From positions 22,134,001 to 22,198,000 of the forward strand of contig NC_043000.1 in the NCBI RefSeq assembly GCF_006345805.1: DNA of 64,000 bases. Direction: 5' to 3'. The position numbers and the translations under genes are program-made. Under the pieces are notes generated by a model. The model saw only the letters and a program-made list of their open reading frames with translations, ran no database searches and was not told where the DNA came from. This stretch comes from Octopus sinensis (taxonomy: Eukaryota). Shown in pieces: positions 22,671 through 35,566 of the stretch (position 1 is its first letter; each line of letters opens with the position of its first letter).

Positions 22671-22819
22671 CCCTTTTGATTCCAACTCACCTGGAACTCC
22701 TTTTCTTTTTTTTAAGTGATTTAAATTACAACTATCGAAGTTATTTACTGAATTTAGTGTTTTCAAAATTAATTGAAATAAAAGTAGGGCATTTCAATAG
22801 AAATTAAATAACAAAAGTG
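22671..22819. mobile_element. piggyBac-type MITE
   Basis: TTAA|CCCTTTTG ... CAAAAGTG|TTAA. Confidence 0.6.
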
Positions 22820-23649
22820 TTAAGCACTAGATTTTTGAAAATATAAGGCCAACTTAATGCTCTTACCAATTCTGCTTACAAAAATAAACTGTACTTTTAG
22901 AATCCATAATTTCCCTGTCTGAAATGTGATCTGTTATGAATCCAGTGGAATATTTTTTTATATTGATATCACGGTTTGTGAAAATAATGTTGCTAGTTAC
23001 TGGTTTCCAACAGACCAGTCACAATGATGTAATAAGAAAATGTTAAACTGGACACAGAACAAATATTGTAAGAGACTTCTTACAAAGAACACTTAGTCAT
23101 TGGTTTCCTTGATAATATTTCCATCTTTTACTTGTATACATATGTATAGAATGGGCTTCTGCAATTTCCAGCTACCAGTCTTACTTGTCCAAGATACCGT
23201 GCAGTCAAATTGAACCTGGAACCTCATAGATGCAAAGAATATTTCTAAAACACGCAACCATGCCTGTGTCCTTAATATTGTTTTTCCATCCTAATATAAG
23301 TTGCTGGCTGTTTTACTGTTAGTTTCTACTCATAAAACAGGTAACTGTATCCAATCTGTGTTTTGCACTTCTGTCGGGAAACCTTGGCCAATGTAATCCT
23401 AGATATAGCTAAAAGGACTGAGAAGGCTTAGCTCAAATGCCTTTAATCAGGGTTTATTTGGGGTTAAACAAAGAATAGTGAGCCTATCAGTTTTCCAATT
23501 TGAAACAAATATTTTATATTTTATGATCCATATGGCCAACAATATATTAGTATTCCAAACAAGTCAGTATGAGCATAAATGGATACAGGTATTTGGATTA
23601 AAAGTTTAACAAAAGTTTCTTACATTATGATAGTGAAAGTTTTTCATTT

Positions 23650-24243
23650 GAAATGATTTCAAATAGGCTCATTCGAAAAAGTAAAAAGAAATAGTCTAAG
23701 GCTTTACTCTACTGGGAAAGTCTGTGGCTTGGTCCAGTTTCTTCAGAAAAATCACCGAAAGAAACAGTTTTTAAATTTTCATTCCATTCAGGTGCCAATT
23801 CATTTTCTTTATCGCTGTCGGTGCTCTCGGATTCACTGTTTCACTTTCGGAAAATGAAACATCAGATTCATTATCAAATACCACGTGCTTTTTTTTTTCA
23901 GTTATAGAGTTAGATTTATTAAGGTCTTCAGTAGAAAATCCTTCGAATTCTGACTCGCTGCTTGATATAATGAAATTCGTATCCATTTTTTTGTCAGAAT
24001 TACAAATTTCAGAAAAAAATCTCCGAAAATTCACGGAATTAAAATTACACTTCGATCGTTGTACAAAACTGTAGATGAACTGTTTACGAAGTATAATCAC
24101 GTGTTTTCACGAATGTACTAAAGAGATTTGCTCTGATATTCTCATTTAAATATGAATAGATAAATACGGGTGGGTTTGGACGGTTTGGTCACATTAACCA
24201 AAATTTTTTTCGGGCGGCTTTGGGCGGTTTGGTAATGAAAGGG
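23650..24243 (-). mobile_element. piggyBac transposon left end with truncated transposase N-terminus
   Basis: Minus strand TTAA|CCCTTTCATTACC terminus (TTAA 24244-24247) with CGGTTTGG subterminal repeats. Acidic MDTNFIISSSESEFEGFSTED..., then frameshifted EWNENLKTVSFGDFSEETGPSH...ALDYFFLLF..LFEII, typical of piggyBac transposase N-termini. Confidence 0.75.
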
Positions 24244-24473
24244 TTAAAGTGTTTAAGAAAGAATGTATGCAGATACAATTACCACATAATTTGCCTTCTG
24301 CAGCTTAAATAAATTACAGGTTAATGTTATTGCATATTCATCTGTCTCATAGACATGATCACTTGTTGGGTGTATGAATGAAGTTATTTTGGCCAGGCTT
24401 TTGAATGAAATTAGTATTTCTGGATGCAATTGGCATTCCTAAAATAAAAATAAAATAAAAGATGAAGCACTAA

Positions 24474-24817
24474 GGTGCAGGAGTGGCTGTGTGTTAAGTA
24501 GCTTTCTTCCCAACCACATGGTTCTGGGTTCAGTCCCACTGCATGTCACCTTGAACAAGTGTCTTTGGCTATAGCCTCGGGCCGACCAAAGCCTTGTGAA
24601 TGGATTTGGTAGACGGAAACTGAAAGAAGCCCGTCATGTATACGTATGTGTTTGTCCCTCCAACATCCCTTGCCAACCAATGCTGGTGTGTTTACATTCC
24701 CATAACTTAGCGGTTCGGCTATAGAGACCGATAGAATAAGTACTGGGGTCGATTTGCTTGACTAAAGGTGGTGCTCCAGCATGGCCACAGTCAAATGACT
24801 AAAACAAATAAAAGAAT
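24474..24817 (+). mobile_element. Full-length tRNA-headed SINE (family A)
   Basis: GGTGCAGGAGTGGCTGTGT head, GGGTTCAGTCCC B-box, CORE-like CACCTTGAACAAGTGTC, 3' GGTGCTCCAGCATGGCCACAGTCAAATGACT. Confidence 0.85.
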
Positions 24818-25204
24818 ATTGAACAAAACAGTGCTATATAGGATCCTTTTAACATAGCATAGCTAGAGATAGGACTATCTTTAACAGTGATATGAGCTCA
24901 AACAAAGGTGATTTAATCTTAACCCTTTTGTTCCCATATTTTTGTTGTAAAATGTTACCTTTGTTGCAATAAATTTTGAAAATATTGATGAAATTAGTTA
25001 AAATAACTTCATTATTAAGCTGGTGATTGGAACATAAATTAACCTGAAATTTTGATGGCAATTATAAATTTAGAGCACTTTAAAAGGAAGTTTTTGCATT
25101 GTAGAACCCATACAAAGGCTACTCATTACTTCAGATGAAAAGCTGCAATGTGAAATTGAATAGATGCTGTATTTGAAGTGAGGGTCCAAAGTATTGTTCT
25201 TTCA

Positions 25205-25560
25205 TGTAATTTTTTTTTTAAATGCATCTAATGCAGTCTGCACTTCTTTAATCTTACGTCACAAAGCAATTCACAGTACCAGGCTATCATACCCAGATCA
25301 GTTCCTTATTGTGTTCCCAATTAGGCTCATTCTCAGTAAATTGGCTCACGACTTCTGTAGTCTTGGTGATACTGTTCCTGAAGAATTCAGTAGTAAGAAG
25401 TCATTCAGTGTTACTAAGCTCTACAGTAAGGTCTCCAGGATGCATTGCTGTACTATCTTCTGCAGCTCTTCAATAGATAAGCTCTTTATTTGAAACTCTA
25501 TCAACTCTTCTGGATCTTCTAGATTGATATTTTGCATTCTTTTATGAAACAGCTCAACAT
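25205..25560 (-). mobile_element. Decayed pogo/Tigger transposase C-terminus
   Basis: Minus frames give DPEELIEFQIKSLSIEELQKI..., FTENEPNWEH, AWYCELLCD and KEVQTALDAF, resembling the pogo/Tigger C-terminal pattern (DPN.ER...CY.EL...QT.LD.F). Confidence 0.55.
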
Positions 25561-25964
25561 GGACATACATCTGTGCATGGTGATAGGTTAACTGTTTTAA
25601 TTAGAATGCAGTTCCAAAAAGGTGGGGGAAAACTTCAGAGGTGCTTACTCTTTCTCTCTCACATACACAGTTGTAAATTAGTGTCTCTCGTACTAGTGAT
25701 GTCATGATTCTTGTCTTCTGTGAAAGTGCATCTGGCCATGAGGAAATAGTAACTAGTTTGGAAACGGGCGAGGGTTGGTGACATGCAGGGCATCTGTTCA
25801 TAGAAAATCTACTCAAAAGAATTCCTTCTGGACCATGCAAGCATAGAGAAGTGGATGTTAAAATGAAGGTAATGATCCATCGAGAAGAAAAGAGACAAGA
25901 GTCCATGGCCTTTGCAGTTCTTTCTACGCCAGTGAGATTTCATATGAATGTTCCAGCATAACAC

Positions 25965-26130
25965 AGATTATGACAAGGCTGTTCCTTTGAAATACAGGTA
26001 CTACTCATTTTTGCCAGCTGAGTGCACTGGAGCAATATGAAATAAAGTGTCTTGCTCAAGGACACAATGTGTCACCAGCAATTGAACGCACAACCTGGTC
26101 GTGAGCTGAATGCCCTAACCACTAAGCCAC
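25965..26130 (-). mobile_element. tRNA-headed SINE head (family C)
   Basis: Reverse complement GTGGCTTAGTGGTTAGGGC (A-box) ... GTTCAATTGC ... GTGTCCTTGAGCAAGACACTTT (CORE-like). Confidence 0.75.
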
Positions 26131-26259
26131 ACACACACACACACATATATATACCTTCCCATATAAATATACCTGTGGATTTACATATACATTGAAGGCT
26201 GAGTAGTTAAATAGTTCACTTTGTAACCACAAGATCTCCTGAGAATTATGTTGCGCAGT

Positions 26260-26540
26260 TCTGAAACATTAATAGCAACTTGCTGTGCTTGCTATTTCTG
26301 TTGTATTTTTGTTGAAAGTGAAGAGTGAACTTATAGGCTTTAGCTGAGCATTAAACTTTCCACTAAGAGTTTATATGCCAAGATTGCACTGTTTGGTAAT
26401 CCTTGATAGAATTACTCAACATCTATTTCTGGGAGTTTGTTGCATGGGTTATAGCAGAAGAGAACAGTATTTGCTGAGTTTCTCAACAAGTTAACTTTCA
26501 TGATATTCTCAGGACATTTCTCAACATTGACACACACACA
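26260..26540 (-). mobile_element. Decayed RTE-type apurinic endonuclease fragment
   Basis: Minus translation NTVLFCYNPCN..EIDVE*FYQGL...LLVGKFNAQL matches the CY.P / FY..L / GDFNA motifs of the LINE APE domain. Confidence 0.5.
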
Positions 26541-26829
26541 CACCTCAATGCTGTCTTTATTGAAAATGGAATGTAAGCATGGCAACCTAGAATTCCTGCT
26601 TCATAAAATTATCAACTATAAAGAACAAAGTCACATGTGCATACATGTCTAACAAAAACAATGTTATAACAACTTCTTTTATCGGTCAAATATGAAGAAA
26701 TTTAATAATTCATGGGATGATAGAGACACACAAGGAAGCAAAAAACACCTGCAGTACTTGTCTTTTCTTCTCCTGAGCCAATCATTACTTTTTCCATATA
26801 ATTGATTCCTGCACCAATTGATTCCTGCA

Positions 26830-27090
26830 CCAATTCCTCTTATTTTTTTAAAATTCTTCTGCTGCTGCAACTCCTTGTATATTGAACAGACTGCATGACA
26901 TTTGTCTGGCTGCTTCATTGAACACTTGCAGGGACATTTGCCTGTGTTATGAACTCCACCCCCACTTTCATTGCTTACCAATTTTGTCCAAGTTCTGCAG
27001 ATCACTCAAGCTGATTCATGTTGCCCTATGCAACAATTTACCAGACTCATTACTAACATGAGCTGGAATGCATTCTCACTCCTCAAGCTT
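26830..27090 (+). mobile_element. Second, more decayed Penelope-like GIY-YIG fragment
   Basis: CCNSLYIEQTA*HLSGCFIEHL parallels CPSLYIGQTGHHLANWFAEHL at ~2200. It is also followed by a CA-rich tract (27090-27560). Confidence 0.55.
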
Positions 27091-27799
27091 TCACACCTTA
27101 TGGACTTGACCATTATACCCCACCCACACATACTTGACATATCTATACATCTAGACCATCATGCTCCCAAAGATAACCAAAAAACACGACACACAAAATA
27201 ACACTTGTTCTACCCATGTATTTAATGCAGGATTAAAACAGACTTTCACACACACACTCTTATCTCATTCTCTGGACTCAACCGTAATCACACTAATCAA
27301 AATACATAGACACAATCCAAGCTTATTCATACATGTAATAGACACACATATGCACATATACAGGAGGCACTATCAACACATTACAACACCTGTCATTTCC
27401 ACTAAGGTCAATAAACACCAGTCAAACACATACTTGGCTGTAAGCCAATTACCTTCACATTTGTGGCATAGATACTCATAATGATGAATGTTATACTCAC
27501 ATTACCACACAGTAACACCCAGAGCACATGCACACTTTGAGGTTGAAATGATATGTTCACATGACTTGTAGTCAGGAAGAAAATGTAAGCATTTGCAGAA
27601 ACAGACATACATGTACATTTAAGACAACTTTCATAGAGCTTTCACTATTGAAACACTATAGTAGAGCTGTAGAAGACTATTGCTCAAGATGCAGTGTAGT
27701 GAGTCTGAACCTGAAGTCGTGTGGTTTACAAGCAGGCTTCTTAACCATAATGCTATGACTGTGCCTCTGTATGTGTGTGTGTGCATGCGTTCATGTGAT

Positions 27800-28095
27800 T
27801 CTGTCTATCTCTATAATTATAGTCAGTAAGTGTTGGTTGATTTCTCCAACACCTAAGTGATGGGGATGTAAACAAACCAGCTCCTGTTGTTAAGTGATGG
27901 TGGGGGACAGATGTAGGCACACACACGTGCACACAAAAGACATCTTTCAGTTTCTGTTTATCAAATTCATTTACTAGGCTTGGGTTGACCTGACACTCTA
28001 GAAAACACTTGCCCAAGATGTCACGCAGTGGGACTGAACCTGGAACCATGTAGATAGACAGCAATCTTCTTACCATACAACCACATCTATGCTTA
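27800..28095 (-). mobile_element. tRNA-headed SINE
   Basis: Reverse complement of the family A/B head: CACTTGCCCAAGATGTCACGCAGTGGGACTGAACCTGGAACCATG. Confidence 0.75.
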
Positions 28096-28957
28096 TGTGT
28101 GTGTGTATGTATTGTCAACATTTTAATATATATATATATATATACATGTGTGCATGGGTTTGATAAGATTATATTGAGGCAGAGTTTTCTACAGCTAGAC
28201 GTTCTTCCTGATGCCAACCCTTGCCCGTTTCCAGATGATCTATTAATCTCTCGGCCTGTTGAACAACAAACATCCCAGATATGCTTTCTGCAAGAAATGA
28301 ATGTACATACATATGATGGGCTTCTTTTGGTTTCCAGCTGTCAATCCAGCCGCAAGGCCTTGGTTGACCCAGGGCTTATAATAGAAGGCATTTGCCTAAT
28401 ATGCCCCACAATGTGATTGAACCTGAAACCTCAAGGCTGGGAAGTAGACTTCATACTCACAATCCTCCACAATCTATTCCTGGTAGGCAATAGATCCCCA
28501 GTCACCCTATTACAGACAAGGAAGTATGCTTATATGCAAGCACATGCTTTATTGAATAATGCTAAAAAACAGTTGCAAATAATGACTCAGATTGGTAACA
28601 ATACATGCATGCATGCATGTCCACACATGCTCATCATAACTATATGCTAATGCATACTGCTTCATAGATACTGAGCTCACAATAGGCACAGCAAGGCTTC
28701 ATGCATAAACATGATGTACATGCATAATTAAAATGCAAATACTTTACCTGTTAGTCTTATGTGAATGTAACCTGCATTCTGTTGTAATGATATATGTGTA
28801 TTTATGCATGTTTATGTGTGTGTATGTATATATATATATCATTGTTTAATGTCATCCATGCCAATGTGTGTGTGCATACAAACACACATAAAAATAAAGC
28901 CTCCCCCACTTTGGTCATGAATGACCATGGGATTGCACCTAGAAAGTTCTCCATGAA

Positions 28958-29235
28958 GTCACATGACTCAGTGGTTAGAGCATTTGGCTTACAATCATGA
29001 GGTTGTGAGTTTGATTCCCGGACCAGGCTGTTTTGTGTCCTTGAGCAAGGCACCTTATTTCACTGTAGAAATGAGTTGCAACGTCACTGGTTCTGAGCTG
29101 TATCAGCCTTGGACAACATCGGGGCCATGGATGACAGCTGGTCTTCCATAAACACCCTTGCCTGGACTTGTACCTCGGAGGGGGAACTTCCTCGGTGCAA
29201 TCCCATTGTTATTTGTGACCAAAAGGTGTCTTTAC
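28958..29235 (+). mobile_element. tRNA-headed SINE (family C)
   Basis: TCAGTGGTTAGAGC A-box, GTTTGATTCCC B-box, GTGTCCTTGAGCAAGGCACCTT CORE-like segment. Confidence 0.75.
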
Positions 29236-29249
29236 CCTTATCCTATACA

Positions 29250-30039
29250 TATATAATCATTGTTGTCATTTAACGGCTGCCTTCCATGCTGGCATGGGTG
29301 GAGGGTTTGACAGGAGCCTGTACCAGACTTGTCTAATTGTTTTGGCAGGGCTTTTACAGCTGGGTGCTAACACCAGCCACTCAGCAGAGTGGACTGAGTG
29401 CTTTTTACATAGCACAAGCACACTGATCATCACAGAGGATGTATCCTTTGCCTTTTCTCTTAAATGTTAGCATTAAAGATTTACCTAGTCTACTAACTTA
29501 TGAACCTATCTGACTATGCTTTTAGATGGCCCATCATTAATTAGGCAGTATATATTTATGCTCAACGCAGTGTGTATTGTATTCATCCACTGTCCACTTT
29601 TCATTGCTTGCATGGATAAGAAGGAATTTGTCAAGGCAGATATCTTTTACTTGTGTCAGTCATCAGACTGTGGCCTTGCGGAGGAAACATCTTAAACTTT
29701 TAGCCAAATGAATTGACCCCAATGTTATTTTTTTGAGCCTGGTACTTATTCTATTGGTCTTGCGCTGCTATGTTATGGGTATATAAACACCAATGCCAGT
29801 GTATGTGTGTATATATATGTATATATATGGAAAACGGACGCTAAACGATGATGATGATGATGATATATATATATATGTATTTAATATGAACACATTATGC
29901 TTCTTTAAGTTTCTGTTCACGAAATCTGCTCACAAGGCTTTGATAGGCCTGAGGCTATAGTAGAAGACTAGATGGTATGTAGTGGGATTGAACCTGGAAC
30001 CATGTGGTTGGGAAGCAAACTTTTACTACACAGCCATAC

Positions 30040-30075
<36 letters not shown>

Positions 30076-30131
30076 TACACACAATTTTTCTCTGTATCAT
30101 CGTCATGTTTGTATATATGTACATATGCCTC

Positions 30132-30180
<49 letters not shown>

Positions 30181-30905
30181 GTATATGTGTATGCATGTAT
30201 ATATGAATATATAGCGCTGTGTGGTTGAGAGGTGTGTTTCCAAACTGCGTCATGTTGGGTTCAATTTTACCTTGTGCATGTGTCTTCCAGTATAACCTGA
30301 CAAACTAAACTCTTGTGGGTGGATTTGGTAGTTGGATAATTAGAGAAGCCCGTCATACATGTATACATGTGTGTTTCTGTTTGTATGTCCTTGGCATTGT
30401 GTTGTAAATGAGCATCACTCTCACACAAACAAATGCTGATTTTCACATGTATATATTTTGGCGTTATGAAGGGCATTCAGCTGTAGAAACATGGCCAGAT
30501 CAGATTAGAGCCTGGTGCTGCCTTCTGGCTTGCCAGCCTTCAGTCAAATGATCTAACTCATGCCAGCATGGAAAGCCGACGTTAAACGACATCAACAATG
30601 ATGATGATGATGACATATTTGTGTGTGTGTGGTTGCGTTTTTATGTGTATATATATTTATCCATGCCTGTAGATGGTTGGAGGAAGGGCATCCAGCTGTA
30701 AAAACTAACCTGGCTTGTACTGGTGCCACATAAAAAGCACACAGTCCATTCTGCTGCATGGTTGGTGTGTTAGGAAGGGCATCCAGCCATAAATTCCTTG
30801 CCAAAACAGACACAGTAGCCTAGGGTTATTTTTCAACTTGGCTGGCTCCTGTCAACCATCCTACCCATGCATGCATGGAAAATGTACGTTAAACAATGAT
30901 GATGA
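29250..30905. repeat. Dense cluster of SINE heads/tails, RTE tails and TA/CA microsatellites in mixed orientation
   Basis: Minus tail 29250-29420, minus SINE 3' part 29690-29790, minus head 29905-30035, plus head 30210-30370, plus tails 30470-30612 and 30670-30905. Confidence 0.7.
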
Positions 30906-31239
30906 TATTATGTAGATATGGTTAAAATCTAAGCTGTCTTTTGAAGCACATTGGCTTATATCATTGTGTGAGGTATGCATAAGAGTTGAAAATACTGGAA
31001 AATATTTTCTGCAGAGTAATTGCAAAACAAGAGGTTGGAAATTATTTATTCATTACATGTGAATAATATCAAATAATATTATTTGATTCTTTGACTGAAG
31101 AATTTCTAATGGGAGATATTGTACATATATTCTACTACATATACGTTTTTGTAACTTCTATTAGCAAATGAAACATGTGTAATGATGAATAAATAATATC
31201 AAAAATTTTCCAGTCTCCTGTTTGGAATATATATATATA

Positions 31240-31605
31240 CTCTTTACTCTTTTACTTGTTTCAGTCATGTGGCTGTGGCCATGCTGGAGCACCGCCTTTA
31301 GTTGAGTAAATCGACCCCAGGACTTATTCTTTGTAAACCTAATACTTATTCTATCGGTCTCTTTTGCCGAACTGCTAAGTTACAGGGATGTAAACACGCT
31401 GTCATCGGTTGTCAAACGATGTTGGGGGAACAAACACATACACACACACGACAGGCTTCTTTCAGTTTCCGTCTACCAAATCCACTCACAAGGCTTTGGT
31501 CGGCCTGAGGCTATAGTAGAAAACACTTGCCCAAGGTGCCACACAGTGGGACTGAACCCGGAACCATGTGGTTGGTAAGCAAGCTACTTAAAACACAGCC
31601 ACTCT
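31240..31605 (-). mobile_element. Full-length tRNA-headed SINE (family A)
   Basis: Near-complete reverse complement of 37695-38082. Confidence 0.85.
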
Positions 31606-32270
31606 TTGAATAATATATAATAATATTATTCAAAGAAATTCCAACTCTGTTTTTTATGTTTTATTTATATTCTTTGTAATATTAATGTAGAATATATAGT
31701 ATAAATAATATATATATAGTAAAATGAAATGGAGTATTGATTGTCTTATTGAATAGATGAAATATTGAATATAAACTATTAAGGGACTAGTATACTTTCT
31801 TGCATTATAGCAGTCCTCAAGGTGCTGGTGCCATGTAAAATGCACCCATGTTGGCATGCTGGTACCACGTAAAGGGCATCCAGTTGTAGAAACCTTGCCA
31901 AAACAACAATTGGAGCCTGGCCAGGTCCACGTCAAACCGTCCATGGAAAATGGACGTTAATCAATGATGATTATGATGAACACACACTTATGTGTATGTA
32001 TGCAGTGTGTGGATATGTATATGTACCACGAGGCATATGTTTTTATAATTGTATAGCATGTATGAGTACATGTGAACTTATCTGACTCTGTACAATTGTA
32101 GATGAAACCATTTTAACAAGAGCCAAAAGTGTAACTTGATACTCTTCAGCCTTGTCTCTGAGCTGTCACAATCTGCAAAGAACTATCTGATTTCTATCTA
32201 GTTATATCAACAAATGCAATCGACTGGTCTTTTTCTGTTGTTGAAATATATATGTAGATGTCTTTATAAA

Positions 32271-32768
32271 CAGGGTGATTGAAAAGTAACTCCTTATTTT
32301 AAAATACTTATAAATTATTTATTAATTGTTATTTTACAAAAAACATGGATATGAGAGGAAAGCTTTTAGTATGAAGTTTTATTTAAAATTTGATATGGGC
32401 TCCAGATGTTGCCACCAGCTTCTTAAGTCACCCAGAAATTGTCAGCTGATTTCACCAAGAACTCAACTTCTCATATGTGCCCTTCAAGTTCTTTCAAAGT
32501 TTGGTACAGTAGACTTGTTCCTATAACCAAACCCAAAGAAAGAAGTCACAGGGTGTTAAGTCAGGACTCCTGATTGTTCACCCCTGTGGACCATGATGAC
32601 CCATCCATCTCCTGGTGCAGTGGGCATTCAGCCATTCATGAACGACAAGAGCAATACAGTTACAGATTAAATTCTCATACTTCAAAAAACAAACACAAAA
32701 TATTTGAGAGAAAAAAACCCACAATAATTTATAAATATTTTAAAATGAGTTACTTTTCAATCACCCTG
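32271..32768 (-). mobile_element. Internally deleted Tc1/mariner element (498 bp)
   Basis: About 45-bp TIRs CAGGGTGATTGAAAAGTAACTC... with TA on the right flank. Internal minus-strand remnant VVHEWLNAH..RWMG...RSPDLTPCDFFLW...EQVY is the Tc1/mariner catalytic C-terminal motif. Confidence 0.9.
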
Positions 32769-32790
32769 TATATATATATACATATATATA

Positions 32791-32988
32791 ACGGGAAGCT
32801 TTATGAAAATAAACAAAAGACGAAGGCAGGTGGAATACAAACAAACAATTGTATTAGTATGGCGCTCAGGAATATAAATAAAACAAGTCTTTTACGTTTC
32901 GAGCCTACACTCTTCAACAGAAAGATACACAGAAAAGAAACAAGGAGAGAAAAAAAATTCGGGCAGAAGCTAGCGAATCAACAAACGA
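32791..32988 (-). mobile_element. Short (TA)n-anchored repeat carrying a hammerhead-like motif
   Basis: Same family as 43071-43265, in opposite orientation. Motif TCTTT CTGTTGA A GAGT GTAG GCTC GAAAC GTA AAAGA at 32888-32925. Confidence 0.65.
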
Positions 32989-33080
32989 TATATATATATA
33001 TATATATATTTCGGAATGGTCATTTTGCTAGTTTAGCCAATAAAAACACATGCACTATATATTTGCTCAACAAATACATA

Positions 33081-33171
<91 letters not shown>

Positions 33172-34384
33172 ATATATACACATATATACACTGTTGTGTC
33201 TGGGGAGAGTCATTTTCTTTTTGTGCCTTATAATTTAACACACTCACTGGTAAAATTTCCACTTTTTTCTTATTTTTATTGTCCTAAAATTTTCGTTGCG
33301 TCTTGCAACCTTTTCAATAGTTTTGATTCATATAAAGAATCTTGCAAACCAAATCCAAAAAAGAAATATATATATATATATGAATGAATGTGCATATGTC
33401 TATATGTATGGATGTGTGTATACATCCATATACACTCACACTCTCTCTCATACATCCATACATACTCACTCACTCACTCTCTCATTCATGTGACTGAACA
33501 GTTCAGTCCTATTGTGTGCCTCTGACTAACTAAAGCCTTGGGGTGAATTTGGTAGACAGAAACTGAAAGAAGCACACGTATATATATATCTGTATGTGAT
33601 AGTTGTAAATGACTTTCACTATCACACAAGCAGTGCTCTTTATTGACAATATTCTGTGAAAGCTTGTCTGGTCGTGAAAAATATTACTTTTAGTTGGAAG
33701 TGGGTGAGAGTTGGCAAAAGAATGGCATCTAGCTGTAGAAAATCTGCTTCAAATTCTGTTCAACTCATCTGAGCATGGAACTGTGGTCAGTATATCGATG
33801 GTTATGCTATTGCTATGTATCTGTGTGTGAGTGCGCATGCGTATGTACACATTTGTTTTTGTTTTTTTGTGTCCCTTGTATTGTAAATAACTGCTACCAA
33901 CATACAAACATTTTCAATCCTTTATAAAAACATATCTTATCATTGAAAAATATTACTTTGCTTGGAATCAAGTGAGGTTGGGTACAAGAAGAGCATCCAG
34001 GTGCAGAAAATCTGGCTCTAAGAGATTTTTACTGACCTATGCTTGCATGGGTTAGATGATGATGATATATAAATGTATGTTGTGAAGGTGCTTGTGTGTG
34101 TTTGTACAGGTTTATGTTGAATCAAAGAGCCTTACAGTTAATTTAAAAATCAAGGTTCTAGTTAGCAGGGCAGACGTGCAGGATGTTAATCTCTTCAGGC
34201 AAGTGACTCTTCAATATGTAGAAGAGCTGTTGGTAGAAATTCCATATGTTGTACTTACAGCAAATTCTGTATACATAAATAGTGTAGTAGATGAAGTAGG
34301 CTTTGTTTGTGGTAGATGCATAGCTGCAGTGAACACTAAGGGCATATAGGATATAAATTTTCTGCAATGCCCAGGAGGATCCTC

Positions 34385-34885
34385 AGAGGTAGTACATAGT
34401 TTGTTACCTTGGTGACCTAATCAGGTATTGGGGATACTGTAAGCAAAGAACTATTACCTCTGTTTGTAACAAAAGGCCTCTCTCTGTGAAAGGCAGGTTG
34501 TTCATACACAGCAATAGTATTGCTGTTCATACACAGCAATAGTATTGCTGTGTATGAATAGCAATACTATATGGTTGTAAAATTTGGGCTGTGAATGCAG
34601 GGGACATGCAAAAACTAGAAAGAAATGCTTGGCTGGATGTGCAATGTAAGTGTTCATGTATGACAAAGTGCAAATATTTCGAAACAAAAATTGTGCATAA
34701 GAGGCATCAGATGTGGTGTGTGGGAGAGAACATTGCACTGGTATAGTAATGTGACAAAGATGGATGAGGACAGCTGTATAAAGAAGTGCTGATTACAAAA
34801 CATTGAAGGAGCCTGTGGAAGATAGAAACCCTGGAAGAGATAACAGGACTGAGATTAATGATATAATATGCTGTATTTGAGAAGA
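34385..34885 (+). mobile_element. Decayed RTE LINE C-terminal fragment
   Basis: Homologous to the reverse complement of 41100-41740 (GTAACAAAAGGCCTCTC, CATCAGATGTGGTGTG, GGATGAGGACAGCTGT, TATGCTGT..TTGAGAAGACC). Confidence 0.7.
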
Positions 34886-35566
34886 CCTGTCCGCCTCGGC
34901 AACACTGTGGTCCAGTGAAGCCTTCCTTGTAACTTGTCTTTTAAGACCCATCCTTCTAGCAATCTCCTGCAGTACTACTACTCACTCAGGCACTGTAAAT
35001 AATGCGAAGGACTTATCTTCACTACTGTCCCTTGTAACCTGATCCACTCATCCTTTCCTTCACTTCCCCTCTCCAAACTGATATTCACTACATCCAACTC
35101 AGTCCCCATTGCTAATCATGTCATACTGTTTTCACTGTAGTACACTTACCTACCAACCCACCTTTGCTGTTTCTCTATCCTACTTTTCTCTTTCTCTCAC
35201 TCTCTCTCTCTCATTAACATTATACCTTGACCTCACATCTCTTCTCAGATAGGGAAGCCATGTATTCACCTTTTCAGCAAAACATTAGCTCCTGCCCCTT
35301 ACTTTGATATCCCTCTGTACTCTACTCAGTTGAAGGATCTTGTTCTGTGGCTACGTGGTAATCCCAATGGTGCTGGTACCTTGGAAAAAGCATTCAGTAC
35401 ACTCTGAAGTAGTTGGTGTTAAGAGGGGCATCCAGCTGTAGAAACTATGCCAAAGCTGACATGGAGCACAATACAGCCGTGTGGCTTACTGGATCCTGTC
35501 AAACTGTCCAGCCCATGCTAACATGTTAAATGATGATATATGCATCTACATATACAGGTATACATA

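Noticed and set aside
24474-24560. tRNA genes at A-box/B-box-containing segments (also 28958, 37695, 25965)
   Set aside because: They do not form a complete cloverleaf and continue into CORE-like SINE bodies, so they are tRNA-derived SINE heads.
32574-33233. 219-aa ORF
   Set aside because: Crosses a Tc1 TIR, a short repeat and (TA)n tracts, so it is a chance open frame.
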